Assembly: GCA_035510465.1 (NCBI GenBank)
Contig: DATKHC010000010.1
Location: 22,036 to 86,035, forward strand
Length of the DNA: 64,000 nucleotides
DNA from: Candidatus Saccharimonadales bacterium
GTDB taxonomy: Bacteria; Patescibacteriota; Saccharimonadia; Saccharimonadales; DATKHC01
Direction: 5' to 3'
This document shows positions 1 through 10,186 of the stretch, piece by piece (the stretch's first letter is position 1; each line of letters starts with the position of its first letter). Position numbers and translations under genes: made by a program. The notes below the pieces were generated by a model, which did not search any database, was not told the DNA's origin, and saw only the letters and a program-made list of their open reading frames with translations.

Positions 1-1
1 T

Positions 2-487
2 AAGGTTAAACTAACTGAACTACTCGAGTTAACTGCGGCAGCTTACGGAGAAAAAGTTGACGCGCTAGCACTACTCAAAGACGTCAATCTTGAAGACAAG
101 GCTTCTAGCTATATTGAGCAGCTTTCTGGTGGACAAAAACAACGTTTTTCAATTGCCGCCGCACTAGTTCACAAACCGAAGATTCTATTCATGGATGAGC
201 CGACCACCGGACTCGACCCTCAAGCCAGACACAATCTATGGGATTTAACCAAGAAAATTAAAGATAGAGGCATTACGGTAATACTGACCACTCACTACAT
301 GGAAGAAGCTGAACTACTCTGCGACCGAGTGGCCATCATGGACAAGGGGCGGATTATCTCTTTAGATTCACCTGATAATTTAGTTACTCAGCTACTTAAA
401 AAGGGGTTTAAAAAACACGAGAAAGTTAAAGAAGCTGACCTAGAAGATGTCTTTTTGGATTTAACTGGGAAGGCGCTGAGGGATTAA
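2..487 (+). CDS. ABC transporter ATP-binding protein (5'-truncated by window edge)
   Basis: In-frame LSGGQKQR signature at ~122, Walker B MDEPTTGLD and H-loop TTHYMEEAE; followed by an ABC-2 permease. Confidence 0.9.
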   Translation, partial: KVKLTELLELTAAAYGEKVDALALLKDVNLEDKASSYIEQLSGGQKQRFSIAAALVHKPKILFMDEPTTGLDPQARHNLWDLTKKIKDRGITVILTTHYMEEAELLCDRVAIMDKGRIISLDSPDNLVTQLLKKGFKKHEKVKEADLEDVFLDLTGKALRD

Positions 488-490
488 CTC

Positions 491-1594
491 ATGCCTAAAT
501 CAATCTTCACAATACTCGTATTCGCCAAAATCAACATTAGGCGATTTTTCCGCGATAAGACCGCTTTGTTCTTTACGATTATATTTCCTCTAATCTTCCT
601 GTTTATTTTCGGCGGTATTTTCGGGCGTAGCAGTAATGTCAGTTTTAGTATTGGTTTGATCAATCAGTCTGGCTCCAGCCTTGCCAAACAGCTCCAGCAC
701 GGGATATCATCTAATAAAGATTTTAAGATAAACGACACCGTTAACAATTTGTCAGAGGGCACTGACTTAATGGGCAAAAGCCAGATCGATGCAACCATTA
801 TCCTGCCTCCAAGTTTCGGGCAGGTTAGCAATGGCCACCCTAGCGGACAAATTAAGGTTTATTATGACGAGAACAACGCCTCAGCAGCCCAAACAATTGC
901 CACGATTTTGCAGGCAACAACCGCAGCTATCAATGCCAAGATCGAAATTAGCCCACAGCCACTGAGCGTTACGACTATTTCAACTAACCAGGCCGGATTA
1001 ACTCAATTTGACTATGTTTTCTCAGGTTTACTTGGCTTCACAATTATCGGGCTCGGTATTTTCGGCCCAGTTAATGTTTTCCCCGAACTAAAAAAACAAG
1101 GCGTACTGAGACGTTGGCACGTAACGCCCATTAGGGTCTGGCAGTATTTTTTGTCTAACGTAATATCGCAAGCCGTGGTTGGCTTAATCTCAGTGGCTAT
1201 AATGTTTTTAGTCGCCATAACGGTCTTCCATTTGAAAATGCACGGTAGCTACTTCACTTTATCGGTCTTTCTTATACTGGGTATATTTACAATCTATGGC
1301 ATCGGACTTGCGATCGGCGGTTGGGCAAAGAATCAAAATCAAGCAGCACCGCTGTCGAATATTATTGTCTTCCCGCTAATGTTTCTAACTGGAGTATTCT
1401 TCCCAACCTACCTAATGCCAGTTTGGCTGCAAAACGTCTCTACTTTCTTGCCGCTTACGCCCATAATTAACGGACTCAGGTTAATAATAACCGAGAATAA
1501 AAGCTTGCTTCAGCTGGGCCCACAAATAGGTCTAACCATAGCTTGGGCAATTATTATCTATGCCATAGCCTTTCGGGTTTTTAGGTGGGAGTAA
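491..1594 (+). CDS. ABC-2 type transporter permease
   Basis: N-terminal TM, large extracellular loop, about 5 C-terminal TMs, FLTGVFFP..MP.WLQ motif. Confidence 0.88.
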   Translation: MPKSIFTILVFAKINIRRFFRDKTALFFTIIFPLIFLFIFGGIFGRSSNVSFSIGLINQSGSSLAKQLQHGISSNKDFKINDTVNNLSEGTDLMGKSQIDATIILPPSFGQVSNGHPSGQIKVYYDENNASAAQTIATILQATTAAINAKIEISPQPLSVTTISTNQAGLTQFDYVFSGLLGFTIIGLGIFGPVNVFPELKKQGVLRRWHVTPIRVWQYFLSNVISQAVVGLISVAIMFLVAITVFHLKMHGSYFTLSVFLILGIFTIYGIGLAIGGWAKNQNQAAPLSNIIVFPLMFLTGVFFPTYLMPVWLQNVSTFLPLTPIINGLRLIITENKSLLQLGPQIGLTIAWAIIIYAIAFRVFRWE

Positions 1595-1605
1595 GCCAAC
1601 TTCAT

Positions 1606-1646
1606 AAGCTGGCTAAGCTTAAGCTTGGTTAGGTTAAGCCTTTTTG
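1606..1646 (+). terminator. Probable intrinsic terminator after the ABC operon
   Basis: Imperfect stem around palindromic AAGCTTAAGCTT, then AGGTTAAGCCT and a T-run. Confidence 0.45.
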
Positions 1647-1869
1647 TTAATATGTAATCTGTGAATAACTAGTGGTTGTCTAAGTATTTCTACTAAACTC
1701 ACTCCAGACAATCAAAATTATCGTGATAAGAATATTAATCCTGCCCAGCGAGAATATGGCAGGAAACACACGGGACAATAGTCATTATTGATATCAGAAA
1801 CACAAACCTTAATCTGATTTTATCTAAAGCAGATCTTAAGATTACATCTTTAATCTTTTAACACGTGCC

Positions 1870-3567
1870 ATGGACAGATCAAAACCTCACAGGCACTTAA
1901 AAGCTAATCAGCAATTAAATCGTCGCGCGACCAGCCTCGATGGTTTTATACCTAATCGTCGAGGACGGCTTATTCAACCCAATTTCCATAAGCTACCGGA
2001 CACCGGAGGATTGCAGACAGACGACAAGATAATCGGAGACATGCCAAAGATTATGAAAGCAGGAGCCAAGTTACCAGCTGGCGCAGCCCCCCAACAATCC
2101 TTAGGGGTTACTTGGGCTTCTTCGAGACTTAAAGATCCCGGAGCGGTTGATTTAACGCGCCCACCGCGCAAAGGTAGAGCTAGGCGCAAACTTGGCAGCA
2201 AAGTACCTACCGGTTTCCCTTGGAAAAAAGTTCTTAAACGAGGTGGCATAGGCCTTGCTAGCGTGCTAATTGTTGTTGGGGGTTACGTTGGATACAAATT
2301 TGCTCACAACATTGATAAAGTTTTTGGCGGCAACATCTTTAGTGATTTAAGTGGTCTGTTTGGCAAAACAACCCTAAAGGGCGAAGCCGAAGGTAGAGTT
2401 AACGTTCTCCTCGCGGGTGACTCTTCGGACCAACAAGGGCACGGAGGAGCAAATTTAACAGACTCCATCTTAATTTTAAGTATCGACACCAATAACCACA
2501 CAGCGTTTTTACTTAGCATACCCAGAGACCTATGGGTAGACCAGCCTGGCGTAGGTTGGGAGAAGATCAATGCAGCTAATGACGATCTTGGGACAAATAT
2601 CCCAGGCTATCCGCAAAACGGCATGGGTCAGTTAGAGAATTTAGTTTCAACGGATCTAGGAATACCAATAGATTACTATGCGCTTTCAGATTATGGTGCT
2701 TTTCAAGACGCGGTTAATGCCGTAGGAGGAGTTAAAGTCGACATACAAAGCCCAGACCCGCGCGGTCTTTACGACCCCAACGTAAAACTTAAGTTGCCAA
2801 ACGGCGTTGTTAGCTTAAACGGACAGACGGCCTTAAACCTAGCCAGGGCTAGAGGCGACGGTTACGGCTCATATGGTTTTCCGGATTCCGATTTTGATAG
2901 AACAGAGCATCAGAGACAAATATTCACAGCTATTGTTCAAAAAGCCCAGACCTTAGGTTTCTTGGATAACCCAATTAAGATCGGTAACTTATTCGATGCA
3001 TTCGGCAACAACGTCCAGACCGATTTAAGCCTGAAAGACGTTCTTGCTCTTGTGCAGCTTACTAAGGGCTTAAACTTATCGAATATAAAGTCGTATGCTT
3101 ACTGTTCCACTCTAACGGTTGGTCAGGATGGTTGCACGACCCCACTTCTAACTGATTACACCGACCCAGCCTCTGGTCAGGAAGCACTTATACCAACTGC
3201 TGGTATCAGCAATTACGATCAGTTGCAGTATTACTATCAAACGTTATCTAGCAATAACCCGGTAGTTCAAGAAGCAGCCGGCGTAGTCGTATTAAACGGT
3301 GGTAATACGGTTGGGTTAGCAGGGAAGTATCAATCTCAACTTATCGGTAAAGGTGTGAACGTCACTTCCGTAGGCGATGCCGCCCAGCCCTACAGCCAAA
3401 CTGTTATTATGGATAATTCTGAGGGTAAGAAACCTGCTACGCTTCATTTACTTGAAAGCATATTTGGGGGCAGCACTATAAGTAATAACGCATCCATTAA
3501 CACCTCGAACGCTAGTTTTGTTGTTATACTCGGCGCCAACCAAGGGCCGCCTGCATCTTCTCAATAA
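1870..3567 (+). CDS. LCP (LytR-CpsA-Psr) family protein with LytR C-terminal domain
   Basis: One TM, then NVLLAGD, TDSI, SIPRD, KINAA, LARAR, DFDRTEHQR and C-terminal VVVLNG. Confidence 0.92.
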   Translation: MDRSKPHRHLKANQQLNRRATSLDGFIPNRRGRLIQPNFHKLPDTGGLQTDDKIIGDMPKIMKAGAKLPAGAAPQQSLGVTWASSRLKDPGAVDLTRPPRKGRARRKLGSKVPTGFPWKKVLKRGGIGLASVLIVVGGYVGYKFAHNIDKVFGGNIFSDLSGLFGKTTLKGEAEGRVNVLLAGDSSDQQGHGGANLTDSILILSIDTNNHTAFLLSIPRDLWVDQPGVGWEKINAANDDLGTNIPGYPQNGMGQLENLVSTDLGIPIDYYALSDYGAFQDAVNAVGGVKVDIQSPDPRGLYDPNVKLKLPNGVVSLNGQTALNLARARGDGYGSYGFPDSDFDRTEHQRQIFTAIVQKAQTLGFLDNPIKIGNLFDAFGNNVQTDLSLKDVLALVQLTKGLNLSNIKSYAYCSTLTVGQDGCTTPLLTDYTDPASGQEALIPTAGISNYDQLQYYYQTLSSNNPVVQEAAGVVVLNGGNTVGLAGKYQSQLIGKGVNVTSVGDAAQPYSQTVIMDNSEGKKPATLHLLESIFGGSTISNNASINTSNASFVVILGANQGPPASSQ

Positions 3568-3569
3568 AA

Positions 3570-3760
3570 CTATCCAGAATGCAGCCTGAGCCAGGTTGAA
3601 ATATCACTGACACCTAACTTATCAACTGCTATCTTTACTGCGAAGTCTTCAATTTCACCATTATTGGCTTTCATTTTGTAGCCATTCCTCTTTAGAAACA
3701 TCGCTAACGTAGTTATACCTGTCCTCTTATTCCCATCATGAAAAGGGTGGTCAGAAATTA
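3570..3760 (-). pseudogene. C-terminal fragment of a Fic/Doc family toxin
   Basis: HPFHDGNKRTG Fic motif; upstream in-frame sequence does not resemble a Doc N-terminus and has no convincing start. Confidence 0.65.
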
Positions 3761-3874
3761 AGTTTCGGGATTTGGGATAGTTTTTATGCAGGTTTGCATG
3801 TAGTCCACTTAAGCTTACGACGAGCTGAGCTTGCAAAATTAAGGTTTTACAGCCTAAGCCGATAAAATAGAGCT

Positions 3875-6800
3875 ATGGCAGAGCGTTTTAGTAGGGAATA
3901 TGCTCGGTTAAACCCGAAACAAAAACAGGCCGTTGATCAAATCGACGGGCCCTTGTTAGTACTTGCTGGCCCCGGAACTGGTAAAACCCAACTTCTGAGC
4001 ATGCGTGTAGCTAACGTCTTAAAAGCTACCGACATTGGCCCGGGTAACATCCTATGTCTAACATTTACTGAGGCTGCCGCTTTTAATATGCGCGAGAGGC
4101 TACTTAAGTTAATCGGACCCGATGCTCACAAAGTCGGAGTTTTTACTTTCCATAGTTTTGGCACATACGTTATTCAAAATTTCCCAGAATACTTTTACGA
4201 CGCTCCGCTTACTGAGTCAATCGATACTCTAAGAGAATACGAGATACTGGCTACTATTTTAGATGATCTACCTCATACAAATCCTTTTTCAAAAAAGCTC
4301 GGCGACAGTTTTTTTCATAATAATTCACTCATTAGAACTATCAGCTGGGCTAAGAAAGCTGGGTTGAGTCCGAGTGACTTAGCTAAGCAGATCAAAGAAA
4401 ATTTGCGTGTTCTTGAGACTTTGAATCCCAGTCTGGCTAATAGCTTCGAGGATACACCTAGTAAGAAGATGCTGAGCACATACCAAGCGCTTGCTAAAAA
4501 AATTCATACGAAAGCCAAATCCGAGGGTAGCCAACTAATCGGCTTAGCGGGTGAAGAGTTATTCGGGGCAATAGCTTCGATAAAGCCCGGTTCAAGCAGA
4601 GTAAGTTCAATTACAGCCTGGCGAAACAAGTGGTTGACCCAAGTTAGACCTGGTAGGTGGCAATTTGCAGATACAAATCCATCAAAATTGCTTCTTAAGT
4701 TTTGTGAGATTTACGAAAAATACCAGCGGGAGCTTACCAGCAGAGGCTTATACAGCTTCGATGACATGATCCTAAGAACAAACCAAGCAATAAGAGATAA
4801 CGATGAACTTCGCCTAAACCTCCAGGAACAATATCAATATATTTTGGTAGACGAATATCAAGATACCAATGGGGCGCAAAACCAATTACTTTACTCTCTC
4901 GTAGACAACCAAGTAAACGAAGACCGACCAAACTTAATGGTAGTAGGCGATGATGACCAGGCCATCTACCGGTTCCAAGGAGCTGACAGCTCTGTTTTAG
5001 GGGATTTTATAAACCGATTTAGGGATGTTTCTGTTGTCATACTGGAACGTAGTTATAGAAGCGGCCAAGAGCTACTGGATTTGTCAGGCAAAGTCATCTC
5101 AAACGCTAGCGGCCGGCTTGATAAGTTACTTGAAGGTAACAAGCAACTTGATTCCGTTCCGGGAGTCTCTACTAAAATCCAACAAATTCAAGCTAGCAGT
5201 AAGACAGGTTTGTATCATCATCTAGCTAAAATTATCAAAGAAACGATTGATAAAGGAACAAAACCTGGTCAGATAGCAGTTCTTGCCCCCAAACACAGCT
5301 ATTTAGAGGCGTTTGTACCCTATTTACAGGCCAAAGGTGTATCAGTTAGCTACGAACGCAGAGAAAGAGTCCTGCAACAACCGAGAATCGTTGAAATACT
5401 TGATCTTTTTGACCTGATCTGGGCACTAACTAAAACTCAGATTCACGTAGCTAACTCGTTACTGCCCAAAATTTTGGCAGCGGACTACTTTGAGCTATCA
5501 CCAAATGAGTGGTTTGGTTTGGCTCTCTCTGCCAGAGAGCACCAACTTGGCTGGCTGGGTCTTACATCCGAGCATGACAATCAAAAACTTAACGATTTTG
5601 CGACAGCTATCAGAGGGATCGCCAAAGCTAGTCTTAACCAGCCTTTTGAGTACACTTTTTACCAGTTAATCGGCATGGCGCCAGTTAGACTGGTCGGTAC
5701 CCGTGAGTGGTATTCACCTTGGCGGGCTTACTATTTCAGCGACCCAAAAATTAAAGCCGACCCAGAGGCATATCTGAGATTTACTGGCCAATATAGCACA
5801 TTGCTCTTGAAGTTTCGCGCATATAGCCCTGGTGGCAGTGTAGGCCTAGAAGATTTCAGAAAGTTCATTGATTTATACAAACAAAGTGATAGCCCACTAC
5901 TCTATAGCGGCGTGGAAGTCGAAAATGAGCTAGCTGTTAACGTCCAAACTGTTTACAAGGCTAAAGGCCTAGAGTGGGACGTCGCAATTCTACTTAACTG
6001 CCTGGATGACGTTTGGGGACCAAAAACCAGGGTTAGACACCCCAGCTTTAGACTACCGACCTACCTGAGATGGATAGAACCGGTCGGAGCAAGTTCTGAG
6101 GACTTAATTCGACTATTCTACGTAGGTCTAACCAGAGCCAGAAAACAGCTCTATCTAACCAGCTATGAATTTAAAGAAAATGGTCAACCAGCCGAGCAAC
6201 TACGCTACTTGGAGGAAATCAGTGACCACCTACCGAAAGTTAGACAATTAGCCAGCCTAAGTACGCCAGCGATAATCGCCGACCACGCGGACCGTATAGC
6301 ACAGATAATCGGGAACCGGAGTAGCGAGCTTGATGAACTGCTAAAACCATATCTATCAACGTATAAGTTAAGTGCCACCCACTTGAACGATTTCCTTGGC
6401 CTTGACCGTGGCGGACCTGAGCATTTTTTCAGAAGACATCTACTTAGAGTGCCTGAACTTATTAACCCTCTAACCATGTACGGCAATGCAATACATAGAA
6501 CACTAGAGTATATCCACCGCCAGGTGAAACTAACGGCTAAGTTGCCCAAACTCAGTCTAGTCTCAGAACATTTCGAGCAACAGTTAGCTAGTTTCCCGCT
6601 GCCTCCCGCAGAAATGAAAAGGTTAAAGCAAAGGGGAATTGAAAATTTAAGCGGATGGCTTGCCAAACACAAAGCTGACTTCAAACCTAGTGACCTAGCT
6701 GAGCATAATTTTATGCACGAAGGAGCAGTGTCTGGTGAGGCTCGTTTAACCGGAGCAATAGACGTGCTCCGGCAAGACGGTAATAAGACTCTGCAAGTTA

Positions 6801-7168
6801 TAGATTACAAAACGAGCCGACCACTTTATGGGTGGCAGGGAACTAACTCATCTCAGGCGATTAGCGGCTATGGCTACTTAAGGCAGCTCTACTTTTACAA
6901 GATACTTGTCGAGAACTCTCGCAGTTTTGGTAATAAATTCTCTGTAAATAGCGGACGGATTGATTTCATTACGCCAGAAGAGGGGACCGACAACTTTACT
7001 AGTCTGACAACTGAACTTGACGGTGAGCAGACAACTAGACTTTCTAAGTTAATAGCTCAAGTCTGGCAGCACATAGTCAATTTGAGTTTGCCGGACACAA
7101 GCTCTTATCCACCAACCCTAGCTGGTATCAAGCAGTTCGAAGAAGATCTAATAAATAAACGGATCTAA
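3875..7168 (+). CDS. UvrD/PcrA-like SF1 helicase fused to a C-terminal PD-(D/E)xK nuclease
   Basis: AGPGTGKT, VDEYQD, VGDDDQAIYRFQGA, KAKGLEWD, YVGLTRAR; C-terminal GAIDVL..IDYKT..QLYFY. Confidence 0.92.
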   Translation: MAERFSREYARLNPKQKQAVDQIDGPLLVLAGPGTGKTQLLSMRVANVLKATDIGPGNILCLTFTEAAAFNMRERLLKLIGPDAHKVGVFTFHSFGTYVIQNFPEYFYDAPLTESIDTLREYEILATILDDLPHTNPFSKKLGDSFFHNNSLIRTISWAKKAGLSPSDLAKQIKENLRVLETLNPSLANSFEDTPSKKMLSTYQALAKKIHTKAKSEGSQLIGLAGEELFGAIASIKPGSSRVSSITAWRNKWLTQVRPGRWQFADTNPSKLLLKFCEIYEKYQRELTSRGLYSFDDMILRTNQAIRDNDELRLNLQEQYQYILVDEYQDTNGAQNQLLYSLVDNQVNEDRPNLMVVGDDDQAIYRFQGADSSVLGDFINRFRDVSVVILERSYRSGQELLDLSGKVISNASGRLDKLLEGNKQLDSVPGVSTKIQQIQASSKTGLYHHLAKIIKETIDKGTKPGQIAVLAPKHSYLEAFVPYLQAKGVSVSYERRERVLQQPRIVEILDLFDLIWALTKTQIHVANSLLPKILAADYFELSPNEWFGLALSAREHQLGWLGLTSEHDNQKLNDFATAIRGIAKASLNQPFEYTFYQLIGMAPVRLVGTREWYSPWRAYYFSDPKIKADPEAYLRFTGQYSTLLLKFRAYSPGGSVGLEDFRKFIDLYKQSDSPLLYSGVEVENELAVNVQTVYKAKGLEWDVAILLNCLDDVWGPKTRVRHPSFRLPTYLRWIEPVGASSEDLIRLFYVGLTRARKQLYLTSYEFKENGQPAEQLRYLEEISDHLPKVRQLASLSTPAIIADHADRIAQIIGNRSSELDELLKPYLSTYKLSATHLNDFLGLDRGGPEHFFRRHLLRVPELINPLTMYGNAIHRTLEYIHRQVKLTAKLPKLSLVSEHFEQQLASFPLPPAEMKRLKQRGIENLSGWLAKHKADFKPSDLAEHNFMHEGAVSGEARLTGAIDVLRQDGNKTLQVIDYKTSRPLYGWQGTNSSQAISGYGYLRQLYFYKILVENSRSFGNKFSVNSGRIDFITPEEGTDNFTSLTTELDGEQTTRLSKLIAQVWQHIVNLSLPDTSSYPPTLAGIKQFEEDLINKRI

Positions 7169-7198
7169 AAAAGGACCGTTTTCCTCGGCCCTTTTTTT
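7167..7198. terminator. Bidirectional intrinsic terminator
   Basis: A6-GGACCG-loop-CGGCCC-T7 between convergent genes. Confidence 0.7.
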
Positions 7199-7236
7199 AA
7201 GAGAACTGAGCTTTTAGCCCAGTTACCTGGTGGAGT

Positions 7237-7878
7237 TTATTTTGATTTTGCTTTAGAAACAGAGCCAGTAAATAACATGGTATATAGATTCATACCAACG
7301 ACTGCGCCAACGATTGGGCCGACCGTGTATGCCCAGCTCCATGATTTAACGCCCAAAGCTACGGCTGGGTTTAACAAAGCATTACTGCCAACTGAGGCTA
7401 CCATGATTCCGATAACTAGCGCGAAACCAACAATTAATACTTGTTTGCCAGTATCAATATTTTTGTTTACAACCGCGGCTGCTATGCCGAAGCCAAATAT
7501 TAGCGCGCCGATACCTTCAGCAACCATTGCTCGGGTATCAACACCGCCTGTTGCTAGAGGACTAAGTGTTTGCTTCAAGAGATACTCACCAACTCTGAAA
7601 GCCACAAATCCACCTAGAGCTTGCGCTATTATGTATACAACAGCGTCGAGTGTCTTGATCTTTCTTAAGGTCCAAAGACCGATTGTTACAGCTGGGTTCA
7701 GGTGTGAACCACTAATGCCGCCAAATATGACTAGCATTAAGGCGTAAACCAAACCCGCCGCCACAGCAGAGAAAAAAGCAAAGTTAGTACGCACCAACAT
7801 CGACAACATAGCTGTTGCCAGAACATAGGTACCTAAGAACTCTGCCACCACCATGGCAAATTTTTGTCGTCCAAACAT
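7237..7878 (-). CDS. MIP/aquaporin family channel
   Basis: AEFLGT, SGSHLNPAVT, second NPA motif, six hydrophobic segments. Confidence 0.9.
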   Translation of the reverse strand: MFGRQKFAMVVAEFLGTYVLATAMLSMLVRTNFAFFSAVAAGLVYALMLVIFGGISGSHLNPAVTIGLWTLRKIKTLDAVVYIIAQALGGFVAFRVGEYLLKQTLSPLATGGVDTRAMVAEGIGALIFGFGIAAAVVNKNIDTGKQVLIVGFALVIGIMVASVGSNALLNPAVALGVKSWSWAYTVGPIVGAVVGMNLYTMLFTGSVSKAKSK

Positions 7879-7987
7879 AAATTAGACTCCCTTCTTTATT
7901 TAATGACTATAGAATAAAACAGCTTATGTCAGTTTTGCAAATCGCCTGTGTATAAGTGTAGCTTCTGAGGCCACCATCTTTAATGAA

Positions 7988-8272
7988 TTAATCTGGTAGT
8001 TGCCCACCTGGGATTGAAGATACAAATAACATTTCTGGTCGAATTGTAGACTCTACGCTGACACTATCACTTACGATCCCGGTACTGGCCACTGCCACTG
8101 CCGTACCATGACGAATCATTTCTGAGAATTGATGAGCACTCAGATCAGGAGTATAAATCCTCATGGACTCAACCACTCCTTGCCCGAGGCAATTTGGGGG
8201 ATAGTGGTCGCTTGTTCCATCTCCAGCAGAGGTTTCAGGAGGTCGCCTTTGGTCGAAAGTTCTAGTTACCAT
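7988..8272 (-). CDS. Hypothetical protein
   Basis: 94-codon ORF with ATG start filling an otherwise empty interval; no motif recognised. Confidence 0.4.
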   Translation of the reverse strand: MVTRTFDQRRPPETSAGDGTSDHYPPNCLGQGVVESMRIYTPDLSAHQFSEMIRHGTAVAVASTGIVSDSVSVESTIRPEMLFVSSIPGGQLPD

Positions 8273-8449
8273 TTTTTTGTTTTTACTACTTATTTAATTG
8301 TACTCCTATTGTAAAGGCTTGTGCTTAATTGGGTCAGAAAGTTTCTTAAGGTTCGAGCACGCTCGTTACTAGATCGCACAGGTTTATTAATCTATCCTTA
8401 GGGTACTAATAGGGGCAAATTATGCTAGCTCATGATGGCGATGTGACGA

Positions 8450-8764
8450 TTATAGGATATCGTCTAGTTTACTAAGTAGTTCGTGCTGCTCCGGGTATTT
8501 TGCAGAATGCTTTTTACTGATTGCTTTGTGGTTAGCAAGAGTAGAGTGTTTGTGGCAGGTTTTATAAGGAGTGCCATCTACTTTAATACGACCTATCCTC
8601 CAGCAATTAACGCATTTATGGTGCTTATATACGGCAATAATTGAACCCAGTATTGCAAATTCGGCTAAATCACTACCAAATCCAGACCAAAAGTTGTACC
8701 ACATGCTTCCCGTAGGAGGTATGTGAGTACCAGTTACGTTTAATAACCAGTGCCAAATATCCAT
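8450..8764 (-). CDS. Small membrane protein with Cys/His-rich C-terminus
   Basis: AAAGGAGA RBS before ATG at 8764; WYNFWSGFGSD, one TM, HHKCxxCWRIG...CHKH. Confidence 0.6.
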   Translation of the reverse strand: MDIWHWLLNVTGTHIPPTGSMWYNFWSGFGSDLAEFAILGSIIAVYKHHKCVNCWRIGRIKVDGTPYKTCHKHSTLANHKAISKKHSAKYPEQHELLSKLDDIL

Positions 8765-9306
8765 GGGTTCATCTCCTTTTTTGAAGTAATAAACTAATGA
8801 TACCAAATGCCGTTAACTGGCTGGGGGTCGTCTCCAGACCGATTTCAGAACTTTTTAGCACCTAAATTTGTAAATATCAATAACCCCTTTCAACGTATGA
8901 CTATGAGTAGATATTTAGAGTGTCTGATAGCGCAAAAGAACTTCCGATTGATATGAGAGAAAGAATAGACGTAGAGGCCGTAGAGACAGAATGGCGTAAG
9001 GTTATTGAAAGTGGAGTACTAATTCACCACGTGAAGATGGTTATACGCCAAGGCCTAGCCTCATAGAACAAATTGATATTACTCTTCGAAGATCTGGTTG
9101 GCTTAAGGGGAAAGCCACTAAGTTTTGCACTCGGTCAACTTACTATCAATGTATTTATATTAACCATTAATTACTGAAATGGTTTTAATTAATTTTCACT
9201 TCAATCCGTAAGCATAATAACTTTCTTATATAATATACTTGCTTAAAACACATATATAGTGTACTCTATTTATCATTAAATAAATTAATTTTTTGGAGAA
9301 GTCTAG

Positions 9307-9492
9307 ATGAGTGGTTCAAACTCACCAGTAACTCAGGTAGCCGCTACAGGGACAACTATCGCAAGTACATCATTACTTCCGTTTACGCATGGAAATAAGA
9401 CTGGTACATATGTACTGATTGTTGCGATATCTTGCGCGCTTATTGTCTTGTTAAGCAAGCTGATTAAACACCTTGCCGCAAAGTCTCTTTAG
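9307..9492 (+). CDS. 61-aa Ser/Thr-rich peptide consisting mostly of an LPxT(H)G-like sorting signal
   Basis: GGAG RBS; LPFTHG, hydrophobic stretch, basic tail; immediately upstream of a sortase. Confidence 0.65.
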   Translation: MSGSNSPVTQVAATGTTIASTSLLPFTHGNKTGTYVLIVAISCALIVLLSKLIKHLAAKSL

Positions 9493-9535
9493 AGAAGACT
9501 TAAAGCAAAGTTAACCTTGTCTAGGTAGATTAATT

Positions 9536-10186
9536 ATGCATCGACCATCTATAAGTATTGCTAATTGGCGAATTTGGACAGTCACGGGGATCATTTATAT
9601 CGGATTCACGATGCTATTCCTGTTACCGGTTTTTGAGCAGCACCTTGCTACGATAACCGTAAATAAAGATCTAACAAGCTACCTGGGGTCTATTAAGCAA
9701 GATAAAAAGCCGATTTCTAGCCCCAGTCTCATTAGTGGTACACCAATCTCCATCTCAATTAATCGGTTAGGCGTTAATTTGCCGATAGAGAAGGGTTATT
9801 ACGATAATCTAGACGGTACTTGGACACTTAATAATTATCATGCATTCGTTGATGCTTCAACGGTTGCTAATCCAGTTGTAAGCAATGCGACTACCGGTAA
9901 TGCATTTATTTACGCTCACGACTTTGAAAACCTATTCGAAAAAACTAGTCAGTTAATCCCTGGAGACCTTGTAAACATAACTACATCGAACGACTATATA
10001 TTTACTTATGAATATCAATCAGGCGCAATAGTTGAACCATCAAGTACTTATATTCTTACCCAACAAGGTAATAAGGATCAACTTACCTTAATGACTTGTA
10101 GCGGGGCATGGTATCAAAATCGTCATGTTATGTACTTTTCGTTTCTAAATGTACAACCGCTAAAAAGTAAGACGGCTCAAACATGA
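9536..10186 (+). CDS. Sortase family protein
   Basis: N-terminal TM; His (YAHD), LTLMTC and downstream Arg catalytic triad; PGDLVNI motif. Confidence 0.82.
   Translation: MHRPSISIANWRIWTVTGIIYIGFTMLFLLPVFEQHLATITVNKDLTSYLGSIKQDKKPISSPSLISGTPISISINRLGVNLPIEKGYYDNLDGTWTLNNYHAFVDASTVANPVVSNATTGNAFIYAHDFENLFEKTSQLIPGDLVNITTSNDYIFTYEYQSGAIVEPSSTYILTQQGNKDQLTLMTCSGAWYQNRHVMYFSFLNVQPLKSKTAQT

Noticed and set aside
5552-5559. TGGCTGGG match to the repeat
   Set aside because: Only 8 nt, inside the helicase coding sequence
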